Shown piece by piece: positions 40,591 through 50,141 of a stretch of DNA of 52,011 nucleotides. Where the stretch lies: assembly GCA_964638185.1 (NCBI GenBank), contig CAZXAS010000001.1, positions 1 to 52,011 of the forward strand. Direction: 5' to 3'. Origin of the DNA: an uncultured Steroidobacteraceae bacterium (lineage in GTDB: Bacteria > Pseudomonadota > Gammaproteobacteria > Steroidobacterales > Steroidobacteraceae). Within the stretch, counting starts at the first letter, position 1. Every line of letters starts with the position of its first letter. A program made the translations under genes and the position numbers. The notes beneath the pieces were generated by a model. It was given only the letters and a program-made list of their open reading frames with translations, ran no database searches and had not been told where the DNA came from.

Positions 40591-43500
40591 ATGGCCACCG
40601 ATCCACGCATCCGATACGACATCGAGGCGCGCGCCAGTGGCGCGGCCGACGTGGAGAAGCTCGCCCGCGAGTTCGAGCAGCTCGACGGCGCCTTCCCGGA
40701 AGACCTCGCCGCGAAGGTGCGCGTCGCGGCGCAGGCGCTGGGCGCGCTCGGCCAGGAGCAGGAGGCGGTCGAAGCGTTCCGCCGCGTGCGGGATGAGGCC
40801 GCGAAAGCCGGTAAAGACTTCGATGCCGCGAAGGCCGCGGTCGAAAAGCTCGCCAAGGAGATTGCGCAGAGCGAAGCGCCAACGCGCGCCCAGGTCGGCC
40901 AACTTGAAAAGCTGCGCGACAAGGTAAAGGACGCGAGCGCCGAGTTTGAGAGGCAGGAGCGCTCTCTCGACAAGGCGCGCAATGCACTGACGCAGTTCGG
41001 CGTCACAGAAGAACTCATCGACAGACGCAGCGAACTGCTCAAGCGGCAGATCGCGTCTGTCAGCGCTCAGATCGACCAGCTCGGCAAGGCTGGCGGAGAC
41101 GCGCAAGAGTTTCGCAAGCTCGTCACGGCCACCGAGGATGCTCGCCTAGCCTTCGCGAGCGCTGGCGCTGAACTGGCCAGCTTCGAGGCCAAGATGGCCC
41201 GCGTAGACGAGCCTACGGCGACAGAAGCACTCGCGCTCCGCAGGCTCTCTGATCGTCTCGAAGAAACGCGCGTTGCCCTTGAGGCTGCGGGTCGAGCACA
41301 ACAGGATGGCGCCAGGTCATTCGCGGCTGCCGGCGGCTCGGTGGATGACTTCACGGCTTCTATTAGGGCAGCGAGAAGTGCGTCACTAGAGTCTGCTGAG
41401 GCAAGCCGGACGGATGCTGAGGCGAGGCTGAGAAGCGCGCGAGCCGCTGCGCAGGCGGCGCGTGAGCAAGCCGCTGCTGAGCGAGAGGCCCAGGCGGCAG
41501 CCAACTCGGCAGAGGCTGTATTTGCGCGACTCGTCAAGGAGACCGACGCGGCGCGCCTGCGCATGGAGCAGACGGCGCGCGCCGCCGATAGCCTGGCGGC
41601 CGAACTGGCGGCAGTGCAGCGCCCGACCGATGGCGAGGCGGCGAAGCTGCGCGACCTGCGCGCCGCCGCCGACAGCGCGCGCGGCGACTTCCAGCGCCTG
41701 CAGCAGGCCACCGTCGAGCAGGGCGTCGCGCTGCGCCAGGCTGGCGCGAACACCGAACTGCTGACCGCCCGCGCGCGCGAGTCGGCAGCCGCGCAGTCGC
41801 AGGCGGCCACCGCCGCGCAGCGCGTCACGAACGCCTACAGCGAGCAGGGCGCCGCTGCCTCGCGCTCGGCCCAGCAGCAGGCCACGGCGGCCACCAGCGT
41901 GCGCGGCAGCCTCGAAGGCATCGCCGGCCAGCTCCGCAGCATCCAGGCGCTCGCCGGAGCCGTGCTCGGCGGGCAGATCCTGTCCGGGCAGATCGGCGAT
42001 CTGGCGCGCACCGCCGACGCCTACGCGAATCTCGAGGCCCGGATCAAGCTCGTCACCGGCGAGGGCGCCGCGCTGCAGCAGGCCTTCAGCGGCGTCTTCG
42101 ACGTGGCGCTGCGCACGAACAGCGCCGTCGAGAGCACCGGCACGCTGTTCGCGCGGATCGCGCAGGCGCAGCGGGATATTGGCGCTTCCACGTCGGAGGC
42201 CACGGCCACCGCGCTGGCGCTGACCGAGACCATCAACCAGGCGATCCAGGTCAGCGGCGGGTCAGCCCAAGCTGCCGACGCTGCGATCACGCAGCTCATA
42301 CAGGGCCTGCAGTCTGGTGTGCTGCGCGGCGAAGAATTCAATTCGGTCATGGAGCAAGCTCCGCGGCTCGCGCGTGCGCTGGCCGATGGGCTGGGCGTCA
42401 CGACCGGCGAACTGCGCAAGCTGGCCGAGGCCGGCACGTTCACCTCGCAGACGGTCATCAGCGCACTGCGCGGCCAGTCCGCGGCGCTGCAGCAGGAATT
42501 CGAGCAGCTGCCGCCGACCGTGGGCCGCGCGCTGACGACGCTCTTGACCGAGTGGACGCGCTACGTCGGAGAGGTCGACCGCGCGAACGGCATCAGCCGC
42601 ACGGCAGCCGAGGGCATCACGGCGCTGGCGCAGAACCTCGACACGGTGGGCGCGGCGCTTCTGGCCGCCGGCAAGGCCGGCGCCGCCTACGTGGCGATCG
42701 ACCTGGCCAAGTCGCTCTACGCGCGCGCTGCGGCGGCCGCAGCTGCGTCGGCGGCCCAGGCCAAGGAGGCGACGACCACCGCGGCGGCGACCGTCACGCT
42801 GGCAGCCAACACCGCCGCGCTGGCCGAGAACACGACGGCCAAGGCGGCGAACGCGGCTGCCTCCGGCGCCAGCGCGCTCGCATGGGGCACGCTCGAGAAG
42901 AACTTGCGCCTCGGCGGCACGGCGGCGGTGGAAGCCACGAAGGGCGTCGGCGCGCTGGGCGCGGCCTTCGGGCTGGCGCGCGGAGCTGGCGGCGCATTCC
43001 TGAGCGCGATCGGCGGGCTGCCGACCGTGCTGCTGGCGGTCATCCTCAACGCCAAGGAACTCGGCACGTGGCTCGGCGAGTCGGCCGCGAAGATGCTGGG
43101 CGCGAAGGACCGCAGCGAGGAACTGGCGGCGGCCGAGCTACAGCTTGCCGAGGAAACGCGCCGGGTCGCCGCCGAGAAGGCTGCGCAGGCCCAGCGCATG
43201 CAGCAGGCGGCCGCCGCAGCGCTCGGCCTGACCGATGCATCAAAGCGCCTGGTCGCCGAATTCGACGGCCTAATCAAGAAGGGCGAGAGCGTCTCCGACG
43301 CGCTGGGCAAGATCTCGAAGGATCTTGAACTCGGCAACCTCACCGGCATCCGCGACGCGATCACCGCGCTCGACGCGCTGGCCCAGCAGGGCAAGATCAC
43401 CGGCGATCAGGTCCGCGAGTCGCTCGCTGCCGCGCTCAAGGGCGAAGACCTCTCGAATTTCAAGATCGCCGCGCGCGCCGCGTTCGACGAAAGCGAACAG

Positions 43501-44841
43501 GGCGCGCGCAGGTTCGCGCAGGCGCTCGCCGCCATCGACACCGAGGCGCTGCGCCGCGCCGGCACGTCGGCCGAGGAACTGCGCACCGGATTCAGCCGCG
43601 CAGCCACCAGCGCGGTGAACGACATCGACGCCATCGTCGCCGCTGTCGGACGCCTAGGCGTGGCGGGCGATGATGCTCAGCGGGCCATCGCGAAGGCGCT
43701 GGATGCCGGAACCGACGCGGCCGGCACGCGCCGCGCGATCGACGACATGATCGCCAGGATCACCGCCCTCGGCGAGGCCGGTACTCTGACCGGCAAGGCG
43801 CTCGAGGACAGCTTCCTGAAGGCGATCAACAAGTCGATCGAGTTCGGGAATACCGAGCGAGACCTGAAGAAGGTCGAGGAGCAGATCAAGGCGATCATCG
43901 CGGCGAACCCGCAAATGGCCCTCGCGTTCGAAGGCGCGCTCGACAAGCTCAAGCAGAAGCTGATCGAGGTGTCGCCCTACCTGCGCCAGTTGCAGGACGA
44001 TGCGAAGAAACTCGGAGTGCAACTCAGCGAGAGCGCGAGCAAGGGCACCGAGGATGCGATCCGGTCCTACGAGCGCTTGAAGGCCAGCGGCAAGCTCACG
44101 ACCGGAGAGTTGACGACTGCGTTCGTCAACCTCGCGAAGCAGGCTATCGAGGCAGCCGGCGGCCAGATCCCGGAGTGGGTCAAGGTCGAAGCCGCGATGC
44201 GCGGCGTCACGGTCGGCACCGATGCGGCAGGACGCGCGATCATCGAATACGGGCAGGCCGGCGTGAGCGCGATGAACAACGTCAGCACCGCGATTCAGTC
44301 GCAGATCGGCTCGCTGTCGTCGTTGACCGACGCGGCGAAGAAGGCGAATCAGGAACTCAGCGTGCTCGGCAAGAACATGTACGACGCGCAGGGATTCGCG
44401 CTCGATAGCAGCGGCAACCGCATCAACATCACCGGCCAGCTCAACATTCCGGACGGCTACACGCTCGACACGCAGGCGTTTCTGCGCGCGCAGCAGTCGG
44501 CTGCGCAGAGTGGACTCGCGGCGCCAGATCCGAAGAACTTCATCGTCAGTTCGGGCGGCAACATCGTGCGCGACCCGGCGAGCATTTATGGCAAGTACCA
44601 GGGTCAGGAGGGCTACGGAAGCGGCGCCGGCTACTCCCCGTTCAACAAGAAGAGCGGAAGCTCATCGGCGTCGAGTGGCGGCAACAACTCGTCATCGGTA
44701 CCCGCCGGCGCAACCACCGTCAATATCAACCTCAACGGCCGGCAGGAATCGGTGCAGGTCGTCGGCCTCAACGACAGCGTGACGCTGGAGCGCGTACTGC
44801 GATCGCTATGGTCGGGTGCGCGCTCTTCCGGGTGGACTTGA
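40591..44841 (+). CDS. Tail tape measure protein (1416 aa)
   Basis: Size and long Ala-rich coiled coils. Conserved core LIQGLQSGVLRGEEFNSVMEQAPRLARALADGLGVTTGELRKLAEAG. Confidence 0.9.
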   Translation: MATDPRIRYDIEARASGAADVEKLAREFEQLDGAFPEDLAAKVRVAAQALGALGQEQEAVEAFRRVRDEAAKAGKDFDAAKAAVEKLAKEIAQSEAPTRAQVGQLEKLRDKVKDASAEFERQERSLDKARNALTQFGVTEELIDRRSELLKRQIASVSAQIDQLGKAGGDAQEFRKLVTATEDARLAFASAGAELASFEAKMARVDEPTATEALALRRLSDRLEETRVALEAAGRAQQDGARSFAAAGGSVDDFTASIRAARSASLESAEASRTDAEARLRSARAAAQAAREQAAAEREAQAAANSAEAVFARLVKETDAARLRMEQTARAADSLAAELAAVQRPTDGEAAKLRDLRAAADSARGDFQRLQQATVEQGVALRQAGANTELLTARARESAAAQSQAATAAQRVTNAYSEQGAAASRSAQQQATAATSVRGSLEGIAGQLRSIQALAGAVLGGQILSGQIGDLARTADAYANLEARIKLVTGEGAALQQAFSGVFDVALRTNSAVESTGTLFARIAQAQRDIGASTSEATATALALTETINQAIQVSGGSAQAADAAITQLIQGLQSGVLRGEEFNSVMEQAPRLARALADGLGVTTGELRKLAEAGTFTSQTVISALRGQSAALQQEFEQLPPTVGRALTTLLTEWTRYVGEVDRANGISRTAAEGITALAQNLDTVGAALLAAGKAGAAYVAIDLAKSLYARAAAAAAASAAQAKEATTTAAATVTLAANTAALAENTTAKAANAAASGASALAWGTLEKNLRLGGTAAVEATKGVGALGAAFGLARGAGGAFLSAIGGLPTVLLAVILNAKELGTWLGESAAKMLGAKDRSEELAAAELQLAEETRRVAAEKAAQAQRMQQAAAAALGLTDASKRLVAEFDGLIKKGESVSDALGKISKDLELGNLTGIRDAITALDALAQQGKITGDQVRESLAAALKGEDLSNFKIAARAAFDESEQGARRFAQALAAIDTEALRRAGTSAEELRTGFSRAATSAVNDIDAIVAAVGRLGVAGDDAQRAIAKALDAGTDAAGTRRAIDDMIARITALGEAGTLTGKALEDSFLKAINKSIEFGNTERDLKKVEEQIKAIIAANPQMALAFEGALDKLKQKLIEVSPYLRQLQDDAKKLGVQLSESASKGTEDAIRSYERLKASGKLTTGELTTAFVNLAKQAIEAAGGQIPEWVKVEAAMRGVTVGTDAAGRAIIEYGQAGVSAMNNVSTAIQSQIGSLSSLTDAAKKANQELSVLGKNMYDAQGFALDSSGNRINITGQLNIPDGYTLDTQAFLRAQQSAAQSGLAAPDPKNFIVSSGGNIVRDPASIYGKYQGQEGYGSGAGYSPFNKKSGSSSASSGGNNSSSVPAGATTVNINLNGRQESVQVVGLNDSVTLERVLRSLWSGARSSGWT

Positions 44842-44843
44842 AC

Positions 44844-45233
44844 ATGGGATCGCTCACCTACACCACCACGACCGTACCGCTGTCGGACGACTTCGCCTTC
44901 GTCGAGCAGTACACATGGTCCCAGCTTGCGATGCGCAAGGCGTTCAGCGTCTCCGGAGCGCTGATCGTGCAGACCGGCCTGAAGCAAGCCGGGCGGCCGA
45001 TCACGCTGCAGGGCGACGAGCAGCATGCGTGGGTCACACGCGCCCAGCTCGCCTCACTGCGCACGCTGGCCGACACGCCCAGCATCACGCTCACGCTCGA
45101 CTTCCGCGGCGAGACGTACTCGGTGATCTTCGACGCCGAGGCCGGCGCGATCGACGCGGCCCCGGTGGCCGACTTCGACACCGAAGACGCCGCCGACTTC
45201 TTCATCGTCACCCTCCGCTTCCTCACGGTGTAG
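44844..45233 (+). CDS. Minor / distal tail protein candidate (129 aa)
   Basis: First gene after the tape measure gene. The ATG at 44844 lies 2 nt after the tape measure stop. Confidence 0.7.
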   Translation: MGSLTYTTTTVPLSDDFAFVEQYTWSQLAMRKAFSVSGALIVQTGLKQAGRPITLQGDEQHAWVTRAQLASLRTLADTPSITLTLDFRGETYSVIFDAEAGAIDAAPVADFDTEDAADFFIVTLRFLTV

Positions 45234-45237
45234 CAGC

Positions 45238-46641
45238 ATGGCAATCGACTCGGCAGAGATGATCTTCTTCGCGTCGCAGTTCGCGAACGACGAGACCTAT
45301 GGCGGCGGGCCGATGAGCGGAAACGTCGTGCAGGATGGCGTCAGCGCGAACGTGTTCCCGCTGATCGGTGAGGCCGACGCGGCGAGCGGCCGGCTGCAGA
45401 TGCGCAAGGTCTACGCGGCCATCGTCTCGGCGAACAACGACACGCTGCTGAACGCGGCCGTCGACGTGTGGACGCCGCCGACAGACGCCGACATCGACGT
45501 GCTGGCCTTCAAGTTCGGCGACCACAAGACGACGCGCAGCGCGGCGGCGGCGGCGCTGGCGCAGTTCCCGTTCAGCATCGGCACGCTCGGTGGCTCGGTC
45601 AGCGGCACCGGCACGACGCGCACCGTCTCCAATCCGTCCGGCCTGGCGGTCGGAGATCGCGTCCTGTTCGTGACCGAGCAGTCGAACACGATCCTGCACA
45701 GCGGCATCGAGATCGTCTTCCAGAAGGACGTGCTCACCGACTACCTCGTGCACTGCGCGCCGGTCGTCACCGCGATCAGCGGGGCGAGCGTGACATTCGA
45801 CTTCGGGCCTTCGACCGACACCCAGCCAGGCTCGGCCGGCCTTAGCTGGTACAAGCCGGGAGCCAGCCCGAGCGCTCCGAAGGTGTGCGGGAATGCCGCG
45901 ATCACGTCGGCTGCAGCCGCCTCCGACACCGAGATCGTCGTGAGCCGCGTCGAGGGCCGGCTGGTGCCGAACCTCACGCCTTACCCGAGCGCACCGAATG
46001 GCATCAACTCCGCGCCGCTGCGCATCACGCACGGCACGGTGCCAATCTTCCGCGCCGGCGACCTGGCCGTCGTGCGCAACGCGGCCGGCACGACTTCGGA
46101 GCTGGTCCTCATCACGGGCACGCACGGCCTCACCCTGCAACTCGCCGCGCCGCTGGTCAACAGCTACAGCACCGGATTCGTCACATCGCTCGTGGCGCTG
46201 GGCGACCTGCGCGCCGAGGTCGGCAGCAGCTTCTCGCAGCAGACGTGGACGCGCACCTTCAGCGACACGATCATCGGCAACCCGATCGCGTCGAACTATG
46301 ACCGCACAGCCCATCCTGTCGTGCTCACGAACGAGGGCGCCGAGACGGAGCGCTGGGCCTTCGTCTTCACGACGGCCACGGACTTCAAGCTGATCGGCGA
46401 AAGCCTCGGGCAGATCGCCTCGGGCAGCACGGCGACCGACTTCGCTCCGATCAACCCGATCACCAATCAGCCCTTCTTCACGATCGACTCGGCAGGCTGG
46501 GGAACCGGCTGGCAGGCCGGCAACGTGTGGCGCATGAACACGCTCGGCGCGCGCGCGCCGTTCTGGTCGACGCGCTGCATCAGCCCGGGCACGGCCGCCT
46601 CCACGGACGGCGCCTTCTTCCAGTTCCGCGGGAGCTACTGA
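45238..46641 (+). CDS. Tail tip / hub protein candidate (467 aa)
   Basis: Assigned by synteny after the tape measure and distal tail genes. Confidence 0.7.
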   Translation: MAIDSAEMIFFASQFANDETYGGGPMSGNVVQDGVSANVFPLIGEADAASGRLQMRKVYAAIVSANNDTLLNAAVDVWTPPTDADIDVLAFKFGDHKTTRSAAAAALAQFPFSIGTLGGSVSGTGTTRTVSNPSGLAVGDRVLFVTEQSNTILHSGIEIVFQKDVLTDYLVHCAPVVTAISGASVTFDFGPSTDTQPGSAGLSWYKPGASPSAPKVCGNAAITSAAAASDTEIVVSRVEGRLVPNLTPYPSAPNGINSAPLRITHGTVPIFRAGDLAVVRNAAGTTSELVLITGTHGLTLQLAAPLVNSYSTGFVTSLVALGDLRAEVGSSFSQQTWTRTFSDTIIGNPIASNYDRTAHPVVLTNEGAETERWAFVFTTATDFKLIGESLGQIASGSTATDFAPINPITNQPFFTIDSAGWGTGWQAGNVWRMNTLGARAPFWSTRCISPGTAASTDGAFFQFRGSY

Positions 46642-46642
46642 G

Positions 46643-48292
46643 GTGCCAGACGTCTCGTCGCTGACCGAGTTCGCGTGGGGGCCCGGCACGTTCGTCGCGC
46701 CGAGCCCGCTGCACGTCCTGTGGGGGCGCGCGACCGACGTGCAGAGCATCGGCGGCCCCTACACGCCGGGCCCGCCGCCGATCGGTGGCACGCCGATCTC
46801 GCCGAACACGGACGCCGACTACGTGATCGGCCCGGCCGCCAGCCGCAACGTGCACCACGTCATCGCGGTGACCGACCTGCGCGACAACTCGCCGGTTCAG
46901 CTCGATGCCATTTCGATCAGCGTCGACGACGGCGCGATCTGCTGGACGCTCAACGCGAACGGGCCGGCCAGCCTGTTCGAGAGCATGACGACCGGCGACA
47001 CACCGATCATCGACGTCGAGATCGACGGTTTCACCTGGCGCTTCATCGTCGAGGGCGTGCGCCGCTCGCGCGAGTTCCCCGCGGGTGCAGTGACGCTGAC
47101 CGGCCGCAGCCCGACGATCATGGCCGGCGAGCCGTACCAGTTCACGCAGAACTGGGTGAACGACGGCCCGGCCACCGCGCAGCAGCTCGCCGCGCAGGCG
47201 CAGGTCTTCAACGGCCTAGAGATCGACTGGCGCCTCGAGGACTGGCTGGTGCCGGATCGCGTCTTCAGCTTCACCGGCACGCCGCTGAACGTCGTGCAGC
47301 GCGTGACCGAATCGGTCGGCGGCGTGACGCGGCCGGATCGCGTCGAGACGCGCGTCGCGCTGCATCCCCGCTATCGAGCCATGCCGAACCGCTGGCGCGT
47401 CGAAGTGCCCGAGGTTCAGATCCACGTCGACGCGCACATGACGGACGCATGGGAGCGCGCCGACAAGCCTGCCTTCAATGGCGTCTTCGTGTCCGGCGAG
47501 GCCGAGGGCATCATCGCCCGCGTCTATCTGGCTGGCACCTCAGGCGAGCGGCTGGCGCCGATGCTGACCGACCAGCTGATGACCGAAGAGATCGCGGCGC
47601 GCCAGCGCGGCGAGTCGTTCCTCGGCCAAGGCGGGCCGCAGGCGACCGTGACGATCACGCTCCCGTTCCTGACCGGCAGCACCTACCCGGGCCCGTTCGA
47701 GTGCGGCTGGCTGGTGCGCGTCGTGGAGCCTTCGAAGCCGACCTTCTACGGCATGGTGCGCGCGGTCTCGATCGGCGCAGAGTTCGGCTACGTGACTCAG
47801 ACGATCACGCTCGAAGTGCACACGGCCGACATCACCGGCACGATCATCCCGATCCCGGCGCCGCCGCCTCCGGCCGATGGTGAGATCGCTTGGTACGAGC
47901 CGATCTATGACCACATCGGCTCGCTGGCGCACGCAAACAGCGGCGTCGGAAACGCTTCGGCGTTCGCCCCCGGAGGAATAACGGCACTCTTCGCTGGCCT
48001 GGTCGGCTGGAGCGGCCAAGCGCTTGTCTGGTCGATCGAGTGGAACTCTCCAGACGGCCATCCGGCGCCTGTGATTTCGGACTCGTCCGCAGGCTGGGTG
48101 CAGATCACATGGGTCAACACCTACGAAGGTGAATCGCCAGGCCTCCCGCTTGGCGACGCTTCGATCGGCACCCTCGTCCTGACTGCAACGGTCGACGGCG
48201 GCCCGATTGCTGCTGGTCAGCGGCTCATCGCCGTGACGACCCCCGACGAGAGCGATTCCTATCCGAACATCGCGTGGGGGCCTGAGCCGTGA
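46643..48292 (+). CDS. Tail tip / host-specificity protein candidate (549 aa, GTG start)
   Basis: Assigned by synteny. The C-terminal ~150 aa are distinct and could be a receptor-binding module. Confidence 0.7.
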   Translation: MPDVSSLTEFAWGPGTFVAPSPLHVLWGRATDVQSIGGPYTPGPPPIGGTPISPNTDADYVIGPAASRNVHHVIAVTDLRDNSPVQLDAISISVDDGAICWTLNANGPASLFESMTTGDTPIIDVEIDGFTWRFIVEGVRRSREFPAGAVTLTGRSPTIMAGEPYQFTQNWVNDGPATAQQLAAQAQVFNGLEIDWRLEDWLVPDRVFSFTGTPLNVVQRVTESVGGVTRPDRVETRVALHPRYRAMPNRWRVEVPEVQIHVDAHMTDAWERADKPAFNGVFVSGEAEGIIARVYLAGTSGERLAPMLTDQLMTEEIAARQRGESFLGQGGPQATVTITLPFLTGSTYPGPFECGWLVRVVEPSKPTFYGMVRAVSIGAEFGYVTQTITLEVHTADITGTIIPIPAPPPPADGEIAWYEPIYDHIGSLAHANSGVGNASAFAPGGITALFAGLVGWSGQALVWSIEWNSPDGHPAPVISDSSAGWVQITWVNTYEGESPGLPLGDASIGTLVLTATVDGGPIAAGQRLIAVTTPDESDSYPNIAWGPEP

Positions 48293-48846
48293 ACGTGACG
48301 GCCCTGACCATCGCGCGCGAGTCGATGCAGATGCACATCAATGGCGTGCAGCATCGGTGCCTCGGCGGCCGCCTCTTCCGGCGCGCGTCCGATGTGCAGG
48401 AGGCGTGGCTCGACGCGCTGGATCTGGTCGACACGCCGCACTTCTTCTACATCGACGACGACGACACGCTGCCGGTCGACTACCTCGACGTGCTGGCCGA
48501 CTGCCTGGCGACCGGCGCCGCGGTGGCCTACACCGACGAGAGCGTCAACGGCCAGACGCGGCGCGCCGGCCCGTACTCGCAAGAGGCGCACCTGGCGCGT
48601 CCGACGCTGATCCACCACCTTGCGCTGTGCGACACGGCGCTGGCGCGCGAGGTGGCCCGCACGCTGCCGCGCGGCCACTACTGGCCGGAAATGCTGCTTT
48701 TCTGGGAGATGGCGAAACGCGGCGGCGCGGCGCACGTGCCTCGCGTCGGCTACCAGTGGAACCGCGGCGACACCGGGCTGCACTCGCAGTGGTTCACGGT
48801 GCTCGGCATCTCGAACTCGCGCGCCTGGTGCGCTGAACACCCATGA
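48289..48846 (+). CDS. GT-A-like glycosyltransferase-fold protein candidate (185 aa, GTG start)
   Basis: HFFYIDDDDTLPVDYLDVLADCL resembles the DxD region of GT2 enzymes. Translationally coupled within the tail operon. Confidence 0.5.
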   Translation: MNVTALTIARESMQMHINGVQHRCLGGRLFRRASDVQEAWLDALDLVDTPHFFYIDDDDTLPVDYLDVLADCLATGAAVAYTDESVNGQTRRAGPYSQEAHLARPTLIHHLALCDTALAREVARTLPRGHYWPEMLLFWEMAKRGGAAHVPRVGYQWNRGDTGLHSQWFTVLGISNSRAWCAEHP

Positions 48847-49145
48847 CCGTCAACACCGAACTCTTCCGCCGGCTCCGCGCGCTGGTGGGGCTTCCGAGCG
48901 TCTATGTGGCCGAGGTGCTCGAGGTCTACGGCGACGACACCTCGCTCGTGCAGCTGCCCGGCCCGACCTCGCTGACGGCCTACGCGCCGGGCGTGGCGAC
49001 GGGCTCCCAGGTGCGCGTGCGCGGCAGCAGCGTGCCGGTCGGCTCGCGCGCCTTCGTCCGTGCCGGCGTCATCGAGTCGGCGGCGCCCAGCGGCGCGATC
49101 GCTGACATCGAGGTCGGCACCGTGGTCAACGTGCCGGAGGCGTGA
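48843..49145 (+). CDS. Small tail-associated protein (100 aa)
   Basis: Last gene of the tail operon, ATGA-coupled to the upstream gene. Confidence 0.6.
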   Translation: MTVNTELFRRLRALVGLPSVYVAEVLEVYGDDTSLVQLPGPTSLTAYAPGVATGSQVRVRGSSVPVGSRAFVRAGVIESAAPSGAIADIEVGTVVNVPEA

Positions 49146-49190
49146 CCTCCATGCGCAGCAGGATCTTCAACCTCTGGAAAGGACTTCATC

Positions 49191-49574
49191 GTGGCTGAGC
49201 CGACAGTAACCGCCGGCGGGGCGGTAGCAGCGGGCGTGACGGCGCTCTTCGTCGCAATGGTCGGGATCGAGCCGCAGGCGCTGGTGTGGGGCCTGGTCGG
49301 CGCGGTGTTCGGCCTGTCGTTCGCGCCGCAGTCGGGCCGCGTGCGCGCGGCGCTGGTGTTCATCGCGGTTGCGTTCGCCGCTGCGCTGCTGGGCACCTGG
49401 GCGGCCGAGTTCTGGCATGCGGATAGCCGCGTGGCGCGCAACGGCTGGTCGATGGCGCTGGGTGCTGCGTTCCACCCGCTACTGGCCGCGTTCGTGCAGG
49501 CCGTGCCGGCGGCGCTGCAAGCGCTCGTGCGTGCGAAGTCGGGCAGCGGTGGCGACAACGGTGGAGGGCAATGA
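49191..49574 (+). CDS. Holin candidate, 3-4 TM helices (127 aa, GTG start)
   Basis: Multiple hydrophobic helices and a charged, Gly-rich C-terminus. First gene of the lysis cassette. Confidence 0.65.
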   Translation: MAEPTVTAGGAVAAGVTALFVAMVGIEPQALVWGLVGAVFGLSFAPQSGRVRAALVFIAVAFAAALLGTWAAEFWHADSRVARNGWSMALGAAFHPLLAAFVQAVPAALQALVRAKSGSGGDNGGGQ

Positions 49575-49575
49575 C

Positions 49576-49881
49576 ATGGACATCCTCGACCTGATCGTGC
49601 TGATCGCCGCCGGCATCGGCGCGGGCGGCTACGTGTGCCGGCTTGACTCGCTGCGCGTCGGCCGGCATGCGGTCGTCGTGATCGTGATGCACTTGGCGCT
49701 GTGCGTGAGCTGCATCCTCGCCGGGTATCACGCATGGAGCGGCGACGCCGGCGCGCTCGACGTGGCGGCCGTCGTCGGCGCGCTGGCCTGGATCAAGGTG
49801 TCGCTGCCGACCTGGGGCGCCGGCCATGTGCCGCCGCAGTTCGAAACCGCGCACGCGCCGCTGGATCGGGCCGAACAATGA
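49576..49881 (+). CDS. Second membrane protein, holin / antiholin candidate (101 aa)
   Basis: Three hydrophobic segments. The start lies 1 nt after the previous stop. Confidence 0.55.
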   Translation: MDILDLIVLIAAGIGAGGYVCRLDSLRVGRHAVVVIVMHLALCVSCILAGYHAWSGDAGALDVAAVVGALAWIKVSLPTWGAGHVPPQFETAHAPLDRAEQ

Positions 49882-50141
49882 GCCACGCCCTCTACACGAC
49901 CCGGCTCTACTGGGCCGGTGGCCGCGGCATTGCGAAGCTGCACGGCCGCGAGACGAAGCTCACCGCGCCGCCGCATCTGCCCGGCCTGCAGGTCGACGCG
50001 ATCGACTGCGCGCCCGAGGTGCGCTGCTACATGGTGATGCCGCGATACCAGGGTTGGCGCGACATGACGAGCGACGAGATCCGCGCGGCCGACGAGCTGC
50101 TGCGCCAACTGGTGGAGGCCTCCGATGCGCCCGCTTCCTGA
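49878..50141 (+). CDS. Hypothetical protein inside the lysis cassette (87 aa)
   Basis: ATGA overlap upstream. It overlaps the endolysin start by 17 nt. Confidence 0.55.
   Translation: MSHALYTTRLYWAGGRGIAKLHGRETKLTAPPHLPGLQVDAIDCAPEVRCYMVMPRYQGWRDMTSDEIRAADELLRQLVEASDAPAS

Noticed and set aside
45223-46749. 508-aa minus-strand ORF opposite the tail hub gene
   Set aside because: Shadow ORF with an Arg/Ala/Asp-rich translation. The plus strand fits the coupled tail operon.
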